A DNA stretch of 64,000 nucleotides from assembly GCF_037042905.1 (NCBI RefSeq), contig NC_087250.1, forward strand, positions 18,104,001 to 18,168,000. The letters run 5' to 3'. This DNA comes from Lytechinus pictus. Lineage: Eukaryota. The notes under the pieces are model-generated. The model had not been told where the DNA came from. It ran no database searches and saw only the letters and a program-made list of their open reading frames with translations. The first letter of the stretch is position 1. Each line of letters starts with the position of its first letter. Shown one piece after another: positions 60,722 through 64,000 of this stretch. A program made the translations under genes and the position numbers.

Positions 60722-62885
60722 TGAGTGTAAAATATGATCAGGATATAGGGAGTTTATAATGTCATCGAGAGGTCAAAAGGTCAAATAATACGAGACAATG
60801 GGGTTCTATAACAACAACCAAAAGGGCAATCGCCCCCTGACAACTTCTTTAATGATTTTTTCAATACTTTTTTATTTCAATACATTCATAATCATACAAA
60901 TCATATATGTATCACAAGACATTACAAGACGAAAAATTTTTTATTGCAAATAATTATCAAAGGTAACATTTTTCTCACCCTTTCTGAAGATTACATAATA
61001 ACATAAGACTAATCCCCTTTTCGCCTACCCGGGGGCCTAGGCCCCGAAAGCCCCCCCCCCCCCCCCCCCCCGTCCACCCCAACCCCCAGAATACGCGCAT
61101 GGAAGACGTCTCCGATACTTTTTTTTCTCCTCCAAGATAAGTTTCAAAGGCCCAAATCCGTCCCCGCGAAATGAGTGAAGCAGGGCCCCTCATTGTAGCA
61201 AGATGAAATAAACAAACATTCCCGTACACATTCCTAGTAGCAGATTCCACGAAATATAGGCTACAGTGCGTCTCAGAAAAACCTGGACCTGTATAAAAAC
61301 TTTTTTTTTTCTCGGTGAAAGCATGCAAATACTAAAATTGTAAGTGAGGCATTTGAAAGTCCAAACATTTCTTTCATTGGCATCAAATGCATTTAGAGGA
61401 CAAGTCCATCTCAGCAAATAGTTTATTTGAATAAAAAGAGAAAAATCCAGCAAACTTATTAATTAAAATTTCATCAAAATCGGATGAAAAATAAAATAGT
61501 TATGACATTTTAAATTTCGTTTTATTTTACAAAAGAGTAATATGCACGTTCTGGTCGGTAATTCAAACATTATAGATAGGCAGAAGTGAAAAATCAACAC
61601 TTAACATGGGCATTTATAATCACATCAGAATTGATCTTCACTAGGTGAAATTGGCAATTTGTATTTTTTTATTCAAACTGATGGAATTACCCCATAACCA
61701 TTCAAAACACATAAAAAAAGCATGAATTAAAATCGTAATTAATTATATTTTTTTCTTTCAAATGAACTGACTCTAAAATTTCCTTCCTTGCACAGGGATG
61801 GTTTGGAGGTCTAGAGGGAATCATGCCCCCCCCCCTCCCTGACTTGACTTTACATTTTAATATTTGAAGTACAAAATATGTAACATACCCCCCATTGTTT
61901 TGAATAATTTTGGAAATTGATATTGAGACCATGTAGTTGTTAATAAAAATTAATAAATAGTTTATGTAAAAAAGTTTTTTATGTTTCTCCTCTTCCGTTA
62001 TTTTTGCAGATGCTGTAAGTTGAAATGGAAGGTGTCCTGAAAGCCATCCAAACTGAACTGCCTTACCTGCTTGCACCCAGTCATCTGTTCTTGAGCCTTT
62101 TAATTTTCTTCCATTTTTCATCATCATTCGTTTCGGCCTGTATGACGTGAATTTTACAATGATCGGTGGAGGTGATAAGTAGGCGTTACGGGCCGGGGTA
62201 TGATCCTTGGGGGTTGAACATCATGACTGCTAGTTGGTCGGCGAAGGCGATAAGATCGATCAATGTAGCATGGAGTAAGATCAATACCAATCTGATTTTT
62301 TTTTATTAGTATTTATTAACATCACTCAGTTCAAAATCATACAAGCAATAGTATATAAACAAAACAATGTTCAAAAAGTCAAATAAATAATTATTCATAA
62401 TACAAAAAAATGACCAAAAAATACAGAATATAACATTCAAATAATCTAGAACAAAATAGATACTTAATCTGTAGAGAAAAAAAATACAGATACAACAAAA
62501 AATTATTTATAGCGACGCAAATGAACTTAATGAGTAATAGAAGTAAAACACCCACCCATCCCAACAACACCCCCCCCCCCCTGTGACATCCCATCCAAGC
62601 CCAGGAAGCGCGGCCTGCTTCCCTCCCCTAAACCCAAGCTACCCATCATTTCAATATGCATTCTGTGCCGCAACCATGGTCTAACTTGCGCAACTGAATC
62701 TTCACTCCAAATGCAAAAGAGCCACTCAAGCCCCCAATCACACCCCTCCCATAGAGAGATAAGAGACTGGTCACTCCAGAAGCGGGATCCATAATTATCC
62801 CCGAGAGCGCGCCATAGCTCCCTCTGGAGCGAACAGCGTATATTTATTTTTTATGTATATTGTTATTTTTTTACATTACTACTCC

Positions 62886-63757
62886 TGTTACATATAAGAA
62901 TTGTAAAAGCAATTACATTCATTTATTTAGTTATTTCCTCTTTAAGGATATTTTATAGCATAGAATGATCAAGAATGTTCCACTACAGCTTTGTTTGACA
63001 CTAATATTTGAGTACTCTTTGTTATTTCTGAACAGAGATTGCTTTATAATAGACTTGTATTGGTAGTGGAAATGAACAATAGGCTTAGCTATTTTGTTCA
63101 AAGAGGTCATTTAAGAGTGTTCTAATTGTAGACTGCTCTAGAAATGGGCAGAATGGTCTTTATCAGACAATAATAGAAACCTCTAGAATAGTGAATACTA
63201 GAATGTTCTAGAATAGTTGAAATGTGCATATATAGCTGTAGTTTCTTCAAGGACATCATCATATCAGATCACTTCATCATATCAGATCAGAGCTAAGAGT
63301 TTCACGCCAGACTTTATGTCAGAGCAGAGTTTATTTCCACCTGGAATATTTATCTTCTGTGGAATTATTTGCCCGCCATCAATGAACTGTTTGCAGTTAT
63401 CTTGAGAGAGGAATTCTCAGTTCTCATTGAGATCATCATCCTGTTTAATGAACACTTTTCAACCCATGGATCACTGAAATTGACTGTTAATCATCATCAA
63501 CATCGTCTTCACGGACATTTCAACTCGTTACAGTTATTCATCGTGCTTCAACATCGGTTTCATCGTTCGCCAACCAACCTGGATTAAATACTGGATTTTA
63601 CTTTGGATTATTATCGCAATCTCAAGAGACGTAAGGTCAATATTTATTTATGTTTTATTTATGATTGTCAATGTATAATCAATTTCCTGTAATAAAAGAA
63701 AAGGAAATTCAACTTCAACACTCTATATTTATTGTTATTTGTTGCATTATCGTAACA
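62886..63757 (+). mobile_element. Solo LTR (Gypsy-like, 872 bp)
   Basis: TGTTAC...GTAACA termini; 4-bp TSD CTCC at 62882-62885 and 63758-63761; AATAAA at 63691. Confidence 0.75.
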
Positions 63758-64000
63758 CTCCAGAAGGAATCACAATGCACCCCAAAGACACAAAGTCCAC
63801 CCCAAAATGACTGCCCCAACCCACTCCAGGAGGAGTGCGACAATACGGACCAGACCATCTCCCTCGCATTTTGAGTGTTTAATAACCATGATAACTGTAT
63901 GCTTGAACTTTCTTTGCCCCCAGCATCTCTAGAAAATAAACTTGTCCCATTTTCTGAAATGGTTTGTTAATAGACCTCTCTGTTCAGCTAGTTTTCTTTC

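Noticed and set aside
61702-62127. 141-aa ORF as a standalone gene
   Set aside because: No recognisable domain, and it reads through a strong donor into AT-rich sequence; only the first 61 nt are kept as a tentative exon.

Overview
AT-rich animal genomic DNA, probably sea urchin. That assignment is inferred from the repeat families and gene style and is not proven. There are two N gaps (710-837 and 22131-22323). The main feature is one giant minus-strand gene spanning about 59.7 kb to 20.7 kb, which I reconstructed by hand into 21 exons with GT-AG junctions and consistent intron phases. One exon of about 14.5 kb encodes about 146 tandem 33-aa ankyrin repeats (99-bp units, very similar at the DNA level, with higher-order duplications and variation concentrated at predicted ligand-contact positions). 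It is spliced to ZU5-UPA-DD-DD-acidic linker-DD-DD-ZU5-UPA-DD, giving about 6,070 aa from ATG 57868. The 5'-most ~17 repeats carry frameshifts and a stop, so the true start and the functional status are uncertain. The architecture looks like a recombination-diversified, DARPin-like sensor joined to a duplicated PIDD/UNC5-type death-fold signalling tail. The rest of the window is mobile DNA: an RLE-type LINE 3' end; a near-intact L2/CR1-group LINE with a 2A-like GDIEINPGP motif; tRNA-derived SINEs and a 7SL-headed SINE; a Penelope-like hairpin with a hammerhead-like core; a 5-kb foldback/MULE element; Harbinger-, hAT-, Kolobok- and Tc1-like non-autonomous elements; a Helentron-like satellite carrier; and a solo LTR. 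There is also an orphan discoidin pseudo-exon.
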